Below, one piece after another: positions 38,705-48,400 of a stretch of DNA of 64,000 nucleotides. The stretch is from a virus, in IMG/VR virus record IMGVR_UViG_3300025098_000019, positions 32,001-96,000 of that record; one strand, given 5' to 3'. Every line of letters starts with the position of its first letter. Position 1 is the stretch's first letter. The notes under the pieces are model-generated. The model saw only the letters and a list, made by a program, of their open reading frames with translations. It had not been told where the DNA came from and did not search any database. The position numbers and the translations under genes were made by a program.

Positions 38705-39655
38705 ATGGCAGATCTAAAGAAATTTGAAGAAATGCTCGAGCGTCTTGTTAATGAAGACAAGGAAGGCGCTGAGGAGCTTTTTCACGAGATTGTAGTAGAA
38801 AAATCACGTGATATTTATGAGTCACTATTAGAAAGTGATTTAGACATCGAAGAAGACACTGATGAAGAAGTTGAAGAAACTACTGACGAAGAAGTAGAAG
38901 AAGCAACTGACGAAGAAGTTGACGAAGATGAAGACAAAGTTGATGAAAACTTTGATCTAGATGAATTTGAAGTTGAAGCTGACCCAATGGACATGGGCGG
39001 CGACGCAGCTGACGACATGATGGCTGACCTAGAAGGTGGCGATGATGACGAAGAAGGTGATGACGAAGACGGCGAAGATGGCGACATGGAAGACCGCGTT
39101 ATGGACCTAGAAGATGCACTTGACGACCTAAAAGCAGAATTTGAAAAAATGATGGACGGTGAAGAAGGTGAAGGCGATGATGAAGAAGCTGGTGATGATG
39201 AAGAGCCAGAAGAAGCATTTGCTTTTGAAGCATCAGACGAGGAAGTTGAAGAAGCTACTGACGAAGAAGTAGAAGAAGCAGCTGACGAAGAAGTCGAAGA
39301 AAAAACTAACAAATCCGCTGGCGAAGAAATGCGCGAGTACGTAGAAAAAGTATCAGCTAAAATGGGTGACAACGGTGCAAACTCAAAGTCATCAGTAGCG
39401 GGTGCAAATGATATGGGTGGAACAGCAAGCAACTTGAATCAAGCTGCATCTGCAAGTGACCCAGAAGCCGGAGCAGGAAGCACAGTTAAAGGTTCATCTT
39501 TAAGTGATACATCTGCAAAGGATATGAATACCAAGAACGTAAATGTTCCTGGTGGTAAGGCATCGAAAGCTGCTAAAACCGAACCTGGCCACGGCGCTGA
39601 GAAAAAGGGCAAGCCAGAGACTGCTGACAACAAAAAATCAACTGTCGGCAAATAA
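38705..39655 (+). CDS. Highly acidic prohead core protein (gp67/gp68-like position)
   Basis: Extreme Asp/Glu content with EEVEEATD repeats. Lies between portal and protease, with TAAATA at 38637-38642 and an AGGAG RBS. Confidence 0.7.
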   Translation: MADLKKFEEMLERLVNEDKEGAEELFHEIVVEKSRDIYESLLESDLDIEEDTDEEVEETTDEEVEEATDEEVDEDEDKVDENFDLDEFEVEADPMDMGGDAADDMMADLEGGDDDEEGDDEDGEDGDMEDRVMDLEDALDDLKAEFEKMMDGEEGEGDDEEAGDDEEPEEAFAFEASDEEVEEATDEEVEEAADEEVEEKTNKSAGEEMREYVEKVSAKMGDNGANSKSSVAGANDMGGTASNLNQAASASDPEAGAGSTVKGSSLSDTSAKDMNTKNVNVPGGKASKAAKTEPGHGAEKKGKPETADNKKSTVGK

Positions 39656-39671
39656 ACTAAAGGACGATTGA

Positions 39672-40295
39672 ATGAGAAACTTACGAGAGCATTTGACATT
39701 CGACCAAGCTCAGATAGTTGTTGAAAACGCAAATGAAGGCAAAGATCTTTACATGAAAGGTATTTGCATACAAGGCGGAGTACGCAACGCAAATCAGCGA
39801 GTGTATCCTGTAAATGAAATTGGCAGGGCTGTCAAAACTCTCAATGATCAGATCGAAGGAGGATATAGTGTTCTCGGCGAAGTTGATCATCCAGAAGGCC
39901 TTAACATTAACCTAGACCGTGTGTCACATATGATTGAATCATGTTGGATGGACGGTGCAAACGGTTACGGAAAGTTGAAAATTTTACCAACTCCAATGGG
40001 ACAACTAGTTAAAACAATGCTGGAAAGCGGAGTTAAACTTGGTGTCTCATCAAGAGGAAGTGGTAATGTATCAGAAGACGGTGGCAACACCGTCTCTGAT
40101 TTCGAAATAATCACTGTGGACGTAGTGGCTCAGCCTAGCGCCCCTGGTGCATATCCAACTCCCATTTATGAGCATATCATGAATGCAAGAGGCGGATACA
40201 AGGCATTTGAATTAGCACAGGCTACAAAACACGATGACAAGGCACAGAAATATTTAAAAGAGAGCTTATTAAACATAATAAGCAGGCTCCGATAA
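39672..40295 (+). CDS. Prohead core protease, gp21-like
   Basis: NANQRVYP, GEVDHP (catalytic His), GVSSRGSG (catalytic Ser) and DVVAQPSAPGA. Confidence 0.95.
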   Translation: MRNLREHLTFDQAQIVVENANEGKDLYMKGICIQGGVRNANQRVYPVNEIGRAVKTLNDQIEGGYSVLGEVDHPEGLNINLDRVSHMIESCWMDGANGYGKLKILPTPMGQLVKTMLESGVKLGVSSRGSGNVSEDGGNTVSDFEIITVDVVAQPSAPGAYPTPIYEHIMNARGGYKAFELAQATKHDDKAQKYLKESLLNIISRLR

Positions 40296-40309
40296 CCGAG
40301 GAGAAAACT

Positions 40310-41404
40310 ATGTTGGACGCATTAAAAGAACTCTTCGAGAGCAGCGCACTTTCAGAAGAAGTAAAAGCAGAACTACAAGAAGCTTGGGAGACGAAAGTTA
40401 CTGACAATCGTCGTCAAGTTACTGCTGAGCTTCGTGAAGAATTTGCTCAGAAATATGAACATGATAAAACTACAATGGTGGAAGCTATTGATAGCATGTT
40501 GTCTGAGAAACTTGCTGAGGAAATTACAGAATTTTCAGAAGATCGCAAACAACTTGCAGAAGCAAAAGCAAAATATGCTATTGCAATGCGTGAGAATGCA
40601 GATTTAATGAAAGGCTTTGTAATGGATCAGCTTCAGAAAGAAATTTCTGAACTACACGAAGATAAGCAAGCGATGGCGGCTAAACACGCACAGCTTGAAG
40701 ACTTTGTAGTTGAAGCTCTTGCTAAAGAAATTGCAGAGTTCCACGAAGATAAAAAAGATTTAGCAGAAACGAAAGTACGTTTAGTTCGTGAAGCTAAAGA
40801 ACACTTTGCTAAAGTTAAAACTAACTTTATCGAAAGAAGTGCTAAAGCAGTATCTGAAACAGTTGATGGCGCATTACGCGGCGAAATTGGTCAACTTAAA
40901 GAAGATATTGAAGAAGCACGAAGAAACGACTTCGGTCGTAAGTTATTTGAAGCATTCGCTAGCGAATATTCAACTAGCTACCTAAACGAAAATAGCGAAA
41001 CTGTGAAGCTAATGAAAGTTGTTGATACTAAAGACAAGCAACTATCAGAAGCCAAACAAGCTGCTGAGAAAGCTATCGCACTTGCAGAAGCACAAGTTGT
41101 GGAAAACAAGAAGATAACAGAATCAGCAAGACGTGAGAAAACAATTAATGGCTTAATTGCTCCTTTAAACAAGGAACAAAAAGATATTATGACAGACTTA
41201 CTGGAAAGTGTACAAACTGATAGACTTAATAAGTCTTTTAACAAGTACTTACCATCAGTTATTGACGGAAATACTCCAGCAAAGCGTAAGGCAGTTTTAG
41301 CAGAGGCAAAAGAAATTACAGGCAACAGAGAAGAAACACAAATGACAACTAAAGCAGACGAATCTAACGTATTAGACTTACGCCGTCTTGCTGGATTAAA
41401 CTAA
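40310..41404 (+). CDS. Prohead core scaffold protein, gp22-like
   Basis: Long acidic coiled coil between the protease and the major capsid gene. Confidence 0.8.
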   Translation: MLDALKELFESSALSEEVKAELQEAWETKVTDNRRQVTAELREEFAQKYEHDKTTMVEAIDSMLSEKLAEEITEFSEDRKQLAEAKAKYAIAMRENADLMKGFVMDQLQKEISELHEDKQAMAAKHAQLEDFVVEALAKEIAEFHEDKKDLAETKVRLVREAKEHFAKVKTNFIERSAKAVSETVDGALRGEIGQLKEDIEEARRNDFGRKLFEAFASEYSTSYLNENSETVKLMKVVDTKDKQLSEAKQAAEKAIALAEAQVVENKKITESARREKTINGLIAPLNKEQKDIMTDLLESVQTDRLNKSFNKYLPSVIDGNTPAKRKAVLAEAKEITGNREETQMTTKADESNVLDLRRLAGLN

Positions 41405-41415
41405 GGAGATAAAAG

Positions 41416-42585
41416 ATGTCAGAACTATTAGAAAGCCGTTGGTCAGACACAAAAACAGCTCTTCTTGAAGGCCTAGAGGGTAACAAGAAGTCTGTAATGG
41501 CTGCCACGCTAGAAAACACACGCAAGTACTTGTCAGAGAGTGCTACAGCAGGTGCAACATCAGCAGGTAACGTAGCTACACTTAACCGTGTAATTTTACC
41601 TGTAATTAGACGTGTTATGCCAACTGTTATTGCAAACGAGCTCGTTGGTGTACAACCAATGACAGGACCAGTTGGTCAAATTCACACACTACGTGTACGT
41701 TACGCTGATGCGTTTAACGGCGCTGCAGGTGGGTCTACAACAGCTGGCGAAGAAGCATTAAGCCCATTCAAGATTGCTGAAGGTTACTCAGGTAACACAA
41801 ATGGTAAAGCAAGTGCAACATCTTCATTAGAAGGTGAAGCAGGCAACCAAATGTCAATTCAGATCTTGAAGCAAACTGTTGAAGCGAAGACACGTAAATT
41901 GTCAGCTCGCTGGACATTTGAAGCAGCTCAAGATTCACAAGCAATGCACGGCATTGATGTTGAAGCTGAAATTATGGCTGCTCTTGCACAAGAAATCACA
42001 GCTGAAATTGACCAAGAAGTATTAGGTTCTTTGGCTTCATTAGCAGGTACTGCTTCTGAAGATTTCGACCAAGCTGCGGTATCAGGTACTGCTACTTTTG
42101 TTGGTGACGAACATGCTGCATTAGCTGTTTTGATCAACAGAGTATCAAACCAAATCGCTCAACGCACACGTAGAGGCGCTGGTAACTGGGCAGTTGTGTC
42201 ACCATACGCATTAACTGTACTACAGTCAGCAACTACTTCAGCGTTTGCACGTACAACAGAAGGCGCTTTTGAAGCACCGACTAACACCAAAATGGTTGGT
42301 ACATTAAACAATGCAATGAAAGTATATGTTAACACATACGCTTCAGATGACAGTGATGTATTAATTGGTTACAAAGGTTCAAGCGAATCAGATGCAGCGG
42401 CATTCTATTGCCCATACATCCCGCTAATGAGCTCAGGTGTTGTACTAGATCCATCAACATTCGAACCAACAGTATCATTTATGACACGTTATGGTTATGT
42501 TGAGCTAAACAACACTGCGTCATCTTTGGGTAACGCAGCTGACTACTTAGGTAAAGTAGCTATCAACAACGTTAGCTTCAAGTAA
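41416..42585 (+). CDS. Major capsid protein, gp23-like (compact, 389 aa)
   Basis: RRVMPTVIANELVGVQPMTGPVGQI, VEAKTRKLSARWTFEAAQD..AMHGIDVEAE, TRRGAGN, FYCPYIPL, DP.TFEP...FMTRYG. Confidence 0.97.
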   Translation: MSELLESRWSDTKTALLEGLEGNKKSVMAATLENTRKYLSESATAGATSAGNVATLNRVILPVIRRVMPTVIANELVGVQPMTGPVGQIHTLRVRYADAFNGAAGGSTTAGEEALSPFKIAEGYSGNTNGKASATSSLEGEAGNQMSIQILKQTVEAKTRKLSARWTFEAAQDSQAMHGIDVEAEIMAALAQEITAEIDQEVLGSLASLAGTASEDFDQAAVSGTATFVGDEHAALAVLINRVSNQIAQRTRRGAGNWAVVSPYALTVLQSATTSAFARTTEGAFEAPTNTKMVGTLNNAMKVYVNTYASDDSDVLIGYKGSSESDAAAFYCPYIPLMSSGVVLDPSTFEPTVSFMTRYGYVELNNTASSLGNAADYLGKVAINNVSFK

Positions 42586-42606
42586 TTACTTAATAGTAAT
42601 AGCATT

Positions 42607-42635
42607 AAAATAGGACCTTCGGGTCCTATTTTTTT
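42607..42635 (+). terminator. Rho-independent terminator after the capsid gene
   Basis: AAAATAGGACC-TTCG-GGTCCTATTTTTTT: a cUUCGg hairpin plus U-tract. Confidence 0.92.
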
Positions 42636-42728
42636 GACTAAATAAAATTAGTTTAGTCCGCTCGAGAGACTCGCATAGGTTCATGCGTTAAAAGAATCGT
42701 ATACTATCTGTTACATAGGAGAAATACG

Positions 42729-42791
42729 ATGACTAAAGAACTAACCTTTATATATCGCGGTGTTAAGTACACTAAAACCGTAAGAGTATAA
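42729..42791 (+). CDS. 20-aa YRG-motif peptide (DUF4278-like)
   Basis: MTKELTFIYRGVKYTKTVRV*, with AGGAGA RBS, its own TAAATA (42639-42644) and its own terminator. Below the ORF-track length cutoff. Confidence 0.7.
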   Translation: MTKELTFIYRGVKYTKTVRV

Positions 42792-42798
42792 TTCACGT

Positions 42799-42818
42799 AG
42801 GACAAGGATGTCCTTTTT
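42799..42818 (+). terminator. Rho-independent terminator after the YRG peptide
   Basis: AGGACA-AGGA-TGTCCT followed by T-tracts. Confidence 0.75.
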
Positions 42819-42934
42819 ACTTTTTTCTTTTTTGATAAATACTTGTGTTATAGAGTTCCTCATATGAGGACTTATGCGGATTCCACCGCGTAGACCCTAG
42901 AACGGCAAATGATTTAAACAAAGGAGATATAATC

Positions 42935-43339
42935 ATGGGAAGACCAATTAATAAAAGATTTTTCGGAGAGCCAACAGCAGATGGCAACGAAATCAAAGTA
43001 CGTTATCGTGCTACAGGACAAGCAGAAGCAAACGGTTGGATTGTAAAGCAATTAGGATCTAAAAAGTTCCGTTGCTACGATGGTACTAACACAATGGATT
43101 GTTACTTAGTTGACAAATCACAAGGCACTTTAGCAGTAGGCGATATGACTATTACAGTTAAAGACGATGGCGGAACAGCTCGTCAAGTTACTAAAATTTC
43201 AGGTCGTATGGTAACACTTGACTCAGGTGACAAAATTGCTTGGAACTTCAGTGATGCTGCCGATGACAATGCAGTTGAAATGGAAGAAGCTGGCACAGAT
43301 GATGCATTCACTGGCGCAGATGATTTCGAAGCTGACTAA
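42935..43339 (+). CDS. Hypothetical virion protein (possible head decoration protein)
   Basis: Monocistronic late unit with TAAATA at 42836-42841, strong AAGGAG RBS and terminator. Lies close after the capsid gene. Confidence 0.6.
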   Translation: MGRPINKRFFGEPTADGNEIKVRYRATGQAEANGWIVKQLGSKKFRCYDGTNTMDCYLVDKSQGTLAVGDMTITVKDDGGTARQVTKISGRMVTLDSGDKIAWNFSDAADDNAVEMEEAGTDDAFTGADDFEAD

Positions 43340-43348
43340 GACTAGAAT

Positions 43349-43377
43349 AGTAGGGGAGAAATCCCCTACTTACTTTT
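43349..43377 (+). terminator. Hairpin terminator
   Basis: AGTAGGGGA-GAAA-TCCCCTACT followed by TACTTTT. Confidence 0.8.
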
Positions 43378-43389
43378 AAGGAATAATAC

Positions 43390-44499
43390 ATGTCAAAAAT
43401 AGTAAGAGTATCAGACGGTAACTATAAAATTGCAGTAGCAGAGGATCACAGAATTACCTTTGATGTCGGATCAGGCGGCAGAGGTGACGGAAACGGTACT
43501 GTGTATATTACTGGTGACTTAATGGTTGAAGGTACAAACACTTCATTAGAAACTGTTAATACTGTAATTGAAGACAACATTATTACTTTAAACAGAGGCG
43601 AAAGTGGATCTGGCGTTACTAGAGATAGCGGTACATCGGGCTTACAAATTGATAGAGGTTTAAAAGTTGATGCTTATTGGGTATTCGACGAAGCAATTAC
43701 ATGGTATGATCCAACAGGAATTACATATCAAGGAACATTTAAAGCAACTGACAATGATGACAGAATATTAGGACTACAAACACCTAATATTACTACAGAC
43801 GGTACAGATTTAAATTTATTAGGCCCTTATTCAACAAGCGGCGGCATAGAAGCTAATCCAGGGTTAATTAAAATTGCTGGTGAAGACGGTGCACCTTATC
43901 TAGCTAAGATGAACCTTACTAAAGATCCAGGCGATCCGTTGTCAGAAGTTGATGGAAACATTATTCCAAACGTATCTTATGTTAATGATTATGTTTTAAC
44001 ATTCTTTAACAATACAGTGCCTAACAGAATTGAATCTGGTATTATTCCAGATGCAATTACTAGCGTAAGAGCTTTTGATAATTCAGAAGATGGCGGAACT
44101 AGTAAAGTAGTGTTAAGTGTTGACGGAAATGCAGTACAAGAAAACTTTGATAATTATGTAGAAATGTATGGATTAATTATCCAAGACACTGACTTAGGTA
44201 CAGAAATAAAAACATCAAGTACGTCAGCACAAGATCTAATACTTGGAGCAATGGGTACAGGTAGTGTTGTTGTAGAAGATAATCTACGTATTAGTAGAAT
44301 CGGACATGAAGGTGATGACAGATTAGAACCAGCAGCACCAGTTGGTGACGAAGGAACAGTAATATATACAGATCACAGCGGCGCTGGTGCATCAGGAATA
44401 TATTTTGTTAATTCTAAAACTGTAACCACAGGTGGCGACGAACAGAGAGACGAATTGATAAGTAGAAATAGAGCACTAGTTTATAGTATGCTCTTTTAA
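43390..44499 (+). CDS. Virion structural protein (fibre or appendage module)
   Basis: Beta-rich and acidic. ITGDLMVEGTNTS...IEDNIITLNRGE..SG...SGLQIDRG is a segment typical of phage fibre proteins. Confidence 0.6.
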   Translation: MSKIVRVSDGNYKIAVAEDHRITFDVGSGGRGDGNGTVYITGDLMVEGTNTSLETVNTVIEDNIITLNRGESGSGVTRDSGTSGLQIDRGLKVDAYWVFDEAITWYDPTGITYQGTFKATDNDDRILGLQTPNITTDGTDLNLLGPYSTSGGIEANPGLIKIAGEDGAPYLAKMNLTKDPGDPLSEVDGNIIPNVSYVNDYVLTFFNNTVPNRIESGIIPDAITSVRAFDNSEDGGTSKVVLSVDGNAVQENFDNYVEMYGLIIQDTDLGTEIKTSSTSAQDLILGAMGTGSVVVEDNLRISRIGHEGDDRLEPAAPVGDEGTVIYTDHSGAGASGIYFVNSKTVTTGGDEQRDELISRNRALVYSMLF

Positions 44500-44509
44500 G
44501 GAAAGATAA

Positions 44510-44899
44510 ATGGCAATAGTAAATGAAGCAATAATAAGTAACGGCACCGGCGGCGCAACAGACTATAGATACACTATGTTAACTGTACCAGCAGGTGAAG
44601 AATGGGCCATAACAAATATTATGGTTTGTAATACATATGATCCAGCAGGTGGCGATGCAGCAACAGCAGATTGCGCATTTGACTTACATTTTGTACCAAG
44701 TGACGGATCGTACAGTGATACTATTACATCTGTAGTTAGAAGATTAAATTTACCTGCAGGCGAAACTTTTACGTTTGATACAGAAAAAGTTGTGCTAGAA
44801 GGCGGCGACAGTGTAGTTGTTAATGGCAGTGCAGATACAACTTCTCCAACAGCAGTTGGTAGATTAGCATGTACAGTAAGTTATATTAAGGTATTGTAA
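44510..44899 (+). CDS. Small beta-sandwich virion protein (paralogue of 59869..60201)
   Basis: AITNIMVCN...LPAGETF...EKVVLEGGD...VSYIKV aligns by eye with the 59869 ORF. Confidence 0.6.
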   Translation: MAIVNEAIISNGTGGATDYRYTMLTVPAGEEWAITNIMVCNTYDPAGGDAATADCAFDLHFVPSDGSYSDTITSVVRRLNLPAGETFTFDTEKVVLEGGDSVVVNGSADTTSPTAVGRLACTVSYIKVL

Positions 44900-45450
44900 T
44901 GAGGTTATTAAAAGCGCAAAATACAAATCTACGTAACATTTACGGTAAGGGTGTTAAGTATGATATTAATAACAGAGTAATTGTAGATAGCGAAAATGTT
45001 ATGCTAGTTCCAAAAGGTACTACAGCAGAACGTCCTGCAGATGCAACTACTGGCGACTTGCGCTACAATACAAGCAACAACGAATTTGAAGCATATCAAG
45101 GCAGCAGTGCAACTTGGAAAAGAATTGCATTTAAAGAACCATCAACAGTGGTCCAGCAACAATTTGGACCAGCTGACGGAGTAGAAACTGTGTTTGGTCC
45201 GTTGAACTCGTCATGGGATAATGACGGTGGCGACTATGAAGATTACACATTGCCAGTGGATGGAAACAATGTTATTGTACTAGTAGAAAATGTTATTCAA
45301 ATACATGGCGCAGGAAATAATTATACAATCGTAACAAATCCAGGTGGATTTGCAGCAGGTACTTATCTACAATTTACTTCACCACCCCCATCAGCGGGCA
45401 CAGGTGGCGCTGACGTTTATATAACAGTGCTACATAACTTCGATAAGTAA
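44899..45450 (+). CDS. Virion structural protein
   Basis: Carries the VPKGTTAERP...GDLRYNT....FEAY module shared with the C-termini of the two giant fibre proteins. Confidence 0.6.
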   Translation: MRLLKAQNTNLRNIYGKGVKYDINNRVIVDSENVMLVPKGTTAERPADATTGDLRYNTSNNEFEAYQGSSATWKRIAFKEPSTVVQQQFGPADGVETVFGPLNSSWDNDGGDYEDYTLPVDGNNVIVLVENVIQIHGAGNNYTIVTNPGGFAAGTYLQFTSPPPSAGTGGADVYITVLHNFDK

Positions 45451-45484
45451 ATTCAATAAATACTTGTGTTAAGGAGACATCTGA

Positions 45485-48400
45485 GTGGCACAAGTAGGTA
45501 GAATATCCGGAGGTTTATTAGATAGCAACCTTCTAAGAGAAGGCGCAACAACCGGAGCAAATCAAAATCTTACATTTAGAAATGTATCATCAGCAAGTGG
45601 TGGTGCAGCAATACTTCACCTTGACGTTATTAATGATAAATTAGGATTTAATAATGATGCTCCTAGTACTGTTTTACATGTAACAGGCACAACAAAAATA
45701 TCTAATTCATTAACTGTCGATACCAATATCGACATTGCAAATCTAAATATTCAAAATAACACTATAGTACCGCTAGGCGGAACAAATAATATTATACTTA
45801 ATTCTGCTGGTGTTATTACATCAACGAATGTGCAAACTGAAGAATTATTTATTGATAATAATTTTATACAGACATCAAATACTAGTGCAAACTTAGAACT
45901 AAGACCGAACGGCAATGGTAGCGTTGAGGTAATTTCTAATGTAAATGTTAGAGGAAATTTACACTCTGAAGGAAATATTACCGCTGAAGGTAATATTGTA
46001 TTTGGTGATTCGAACACCGACACAGTTATACTTAAAGCAGAAGTAAGTAGTAATATTGTTCCTGATCAACACGATACATATGCTCTTGGTAGTACATCAA
46101 AACGCTGGATAGAATTTGAAGGGATATTATTAAACGGGCAAGAAACTACAGCAGACGTTGCACTTATCGGTGGACTAGAAATAAACTCTCGACAAGGCAA
46201 AATATGGTTTGTTGCTAAAAATGGTAGTAATTATAATGTAGGAGATCATCCGCAAGGCCCATTTGAAACTATTGATTATGCTGTAACACAAGCAACTGCC
46301 GGAGATACAATTTATGTATATCCAGGAGAATATGAAGAAAGTTGCCCAATTGAAATTCCACAAGGCGTAACTTTACGAGGACACGATCAAAGAAATACTA
46401 TTGTATATCCAGCAAGCAGTCAAAGCACTACTGATATATTTTTACTCAACGGTGAAACTGGAGTAAGTGATTTAACTATTAAAGATTACTTTTATGACAA
46501 TGCAAACGATATAGGATATGCATTTAGATTTGCAGCAGGCGGCAAAGTAACTAGCCGATCACCGTATATACAAAACGTTACGGTTTCAACTAAAGGTAGC
46601 ACAGTATCCGCAGCAGATCCTTTAGGATTTATTGCAGGTGATGCTGGGCGTGGCATCCTAGCTGATGGCGCAGTATTAGCAGCAGATACAAGAGAAGCAA
46701 GTTTATTATTTCATGCAATTACATTAATTGTTCCTAATGCAGATGCATTAGTAATGACTAATGGTGTAAGGATAGAATGGTTAAACTCCTTTACTTATTT
46801 TGCTAATAGAGGATTTTACGCAACAAATGGTGCAGGCCGAGTTGATGATAATTTACAAACACACTACGGTGCCGAAGTAAGGTCAATCGGAAGCGCAAAC
46901 ATTTACGGCAACTACGGTGCCGAAGTAGATGGCTCAGATACATTAATCTATCTAATTATGCACAACTTTGGTTACATAGGGACAGGTGCTGATAGTTCAA
47001 ATGACGAAACACTAACAATACAAGCAAATGAAGTTGTAGAAGCAAATAGTGGTAGAATACAATATCAATCACAATCACATAATGGTGATTTTAGAATAGG
47101 CGATAACTTCTTAATTGACTTTCAAAAAGGCAGCCAATCTTTTAATATTAATGATCTTCCTGTAGTTGGTGTTGATACTATTAGTGTTACCACTGGCTCG
47201 GACATTACTTTCTTAGATTTACAATATGTACAAACTGGAAATGTTAGATTAATTGACAATAGTTTAGCAAGCATCAGCGGCGACATGAATATCGCTAGTG
47301 CATCAACTTTAATAAATCTTAACGGTGATGTTACTATTGAAGAAGATCTAGATGTTAGTGGAAACTTAACTATAGCAGGAGCATTAATTGCATTTGGTAA
47401 TAATCAATCAATTGATACAATTAGATTTGAATCAGGTATTGACAGTAATTTATATCCTAAAACAACAGACATTTATGACATTGGCAGCAACACACTACAA
47501 TGGGACGATGTTTGGTTAACCCAAGTACTAAATGATGATATTAATATTACTAATAACTTTATTGAGACAACACAAACTAGTAGTGATTTAGAACTTAGAG
47601 CAGACCAAACTGGAACAATAGTTATTAGTGATAATGCTATATTTGAAAATAATTTAACAGCGTCAAGTTTAACTACATTTAATGGCACGTTAGACGTTTC
47701 AAACTTAATTCTTAACAACGGCTTGTCCGGGTTAGGAAATTTAAATGAAAATCAAAAACTAATAATAACTGGCAATCTTACAACCGGCGCAGCAGCGCAA
47801 TTTGAAGAAATATTAATCGACGGCAACTTTATTACAACTACGTCTACAAGTGAAGATTTAGAACTTCGTGCAAATAGCACTGGAAAGATATTAGTACCTG
47901 ATAATGATTTTATAGTTGTAAATGATATTATAGTAACTGAAAACGTACAAGCTGGGGAAATAGAAGCTACAGGATATATCCAGTTTGACGGAGAATATAC
48001 AACAGGTCAATTAAAAATATTTGATGATACTATTACTACAACATCAGGTAATTTAGATCTTGGCGCAACTGGTGATGTTGTAGTTGATTCAAACGGAGTA
48101 CAAATTGATAATAATTTAACAGTTATTGGATTAACTACTGTAAACAATACTGTTGATGTTACCGGCACACTAACGCATATTGGCACTAATAACCAAATCG
48201 GTAATAAAACTATTACAGGAAATCTTTATGTAAGCAATAAAAATACATTTGACCGTAGATTTGAAATTGAAGATATAGTAATTGACGGAAATGTTATTAC
48301 TACATCTGCAACTAGTTCAGATTTAGAATTACGTGCAAACAGCGCAGGAGTTATACGATTTAATAACACATTAGAAGCACTAGGAACTGGTGTTAATGTA

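Noticed and set aside
38840-39310. Repeats (gacgaagaagtagaagaagca) resembling an array
   Set aside because: In-frame coding repeats of an acidic core protein with no repeat-spacer periodicity. No CRISPR array was seen anywhere in the window.
42645-42728. Glutamine riboswitch call for the YRG-peptide leader
   Set aside because: The CGUU...GGAAG...GAAG.AACG-type conserved elements of the glnA and Downstream-peptide motifs are not visible. Kept only as an unknown structured leader.
46863-46927. 17-bp direct repeat actacggtgccgaagta
   Set aside because: Encodes YGAEV twice within fibre A. Only two copies and no evidence for a mobile element or recombination site.
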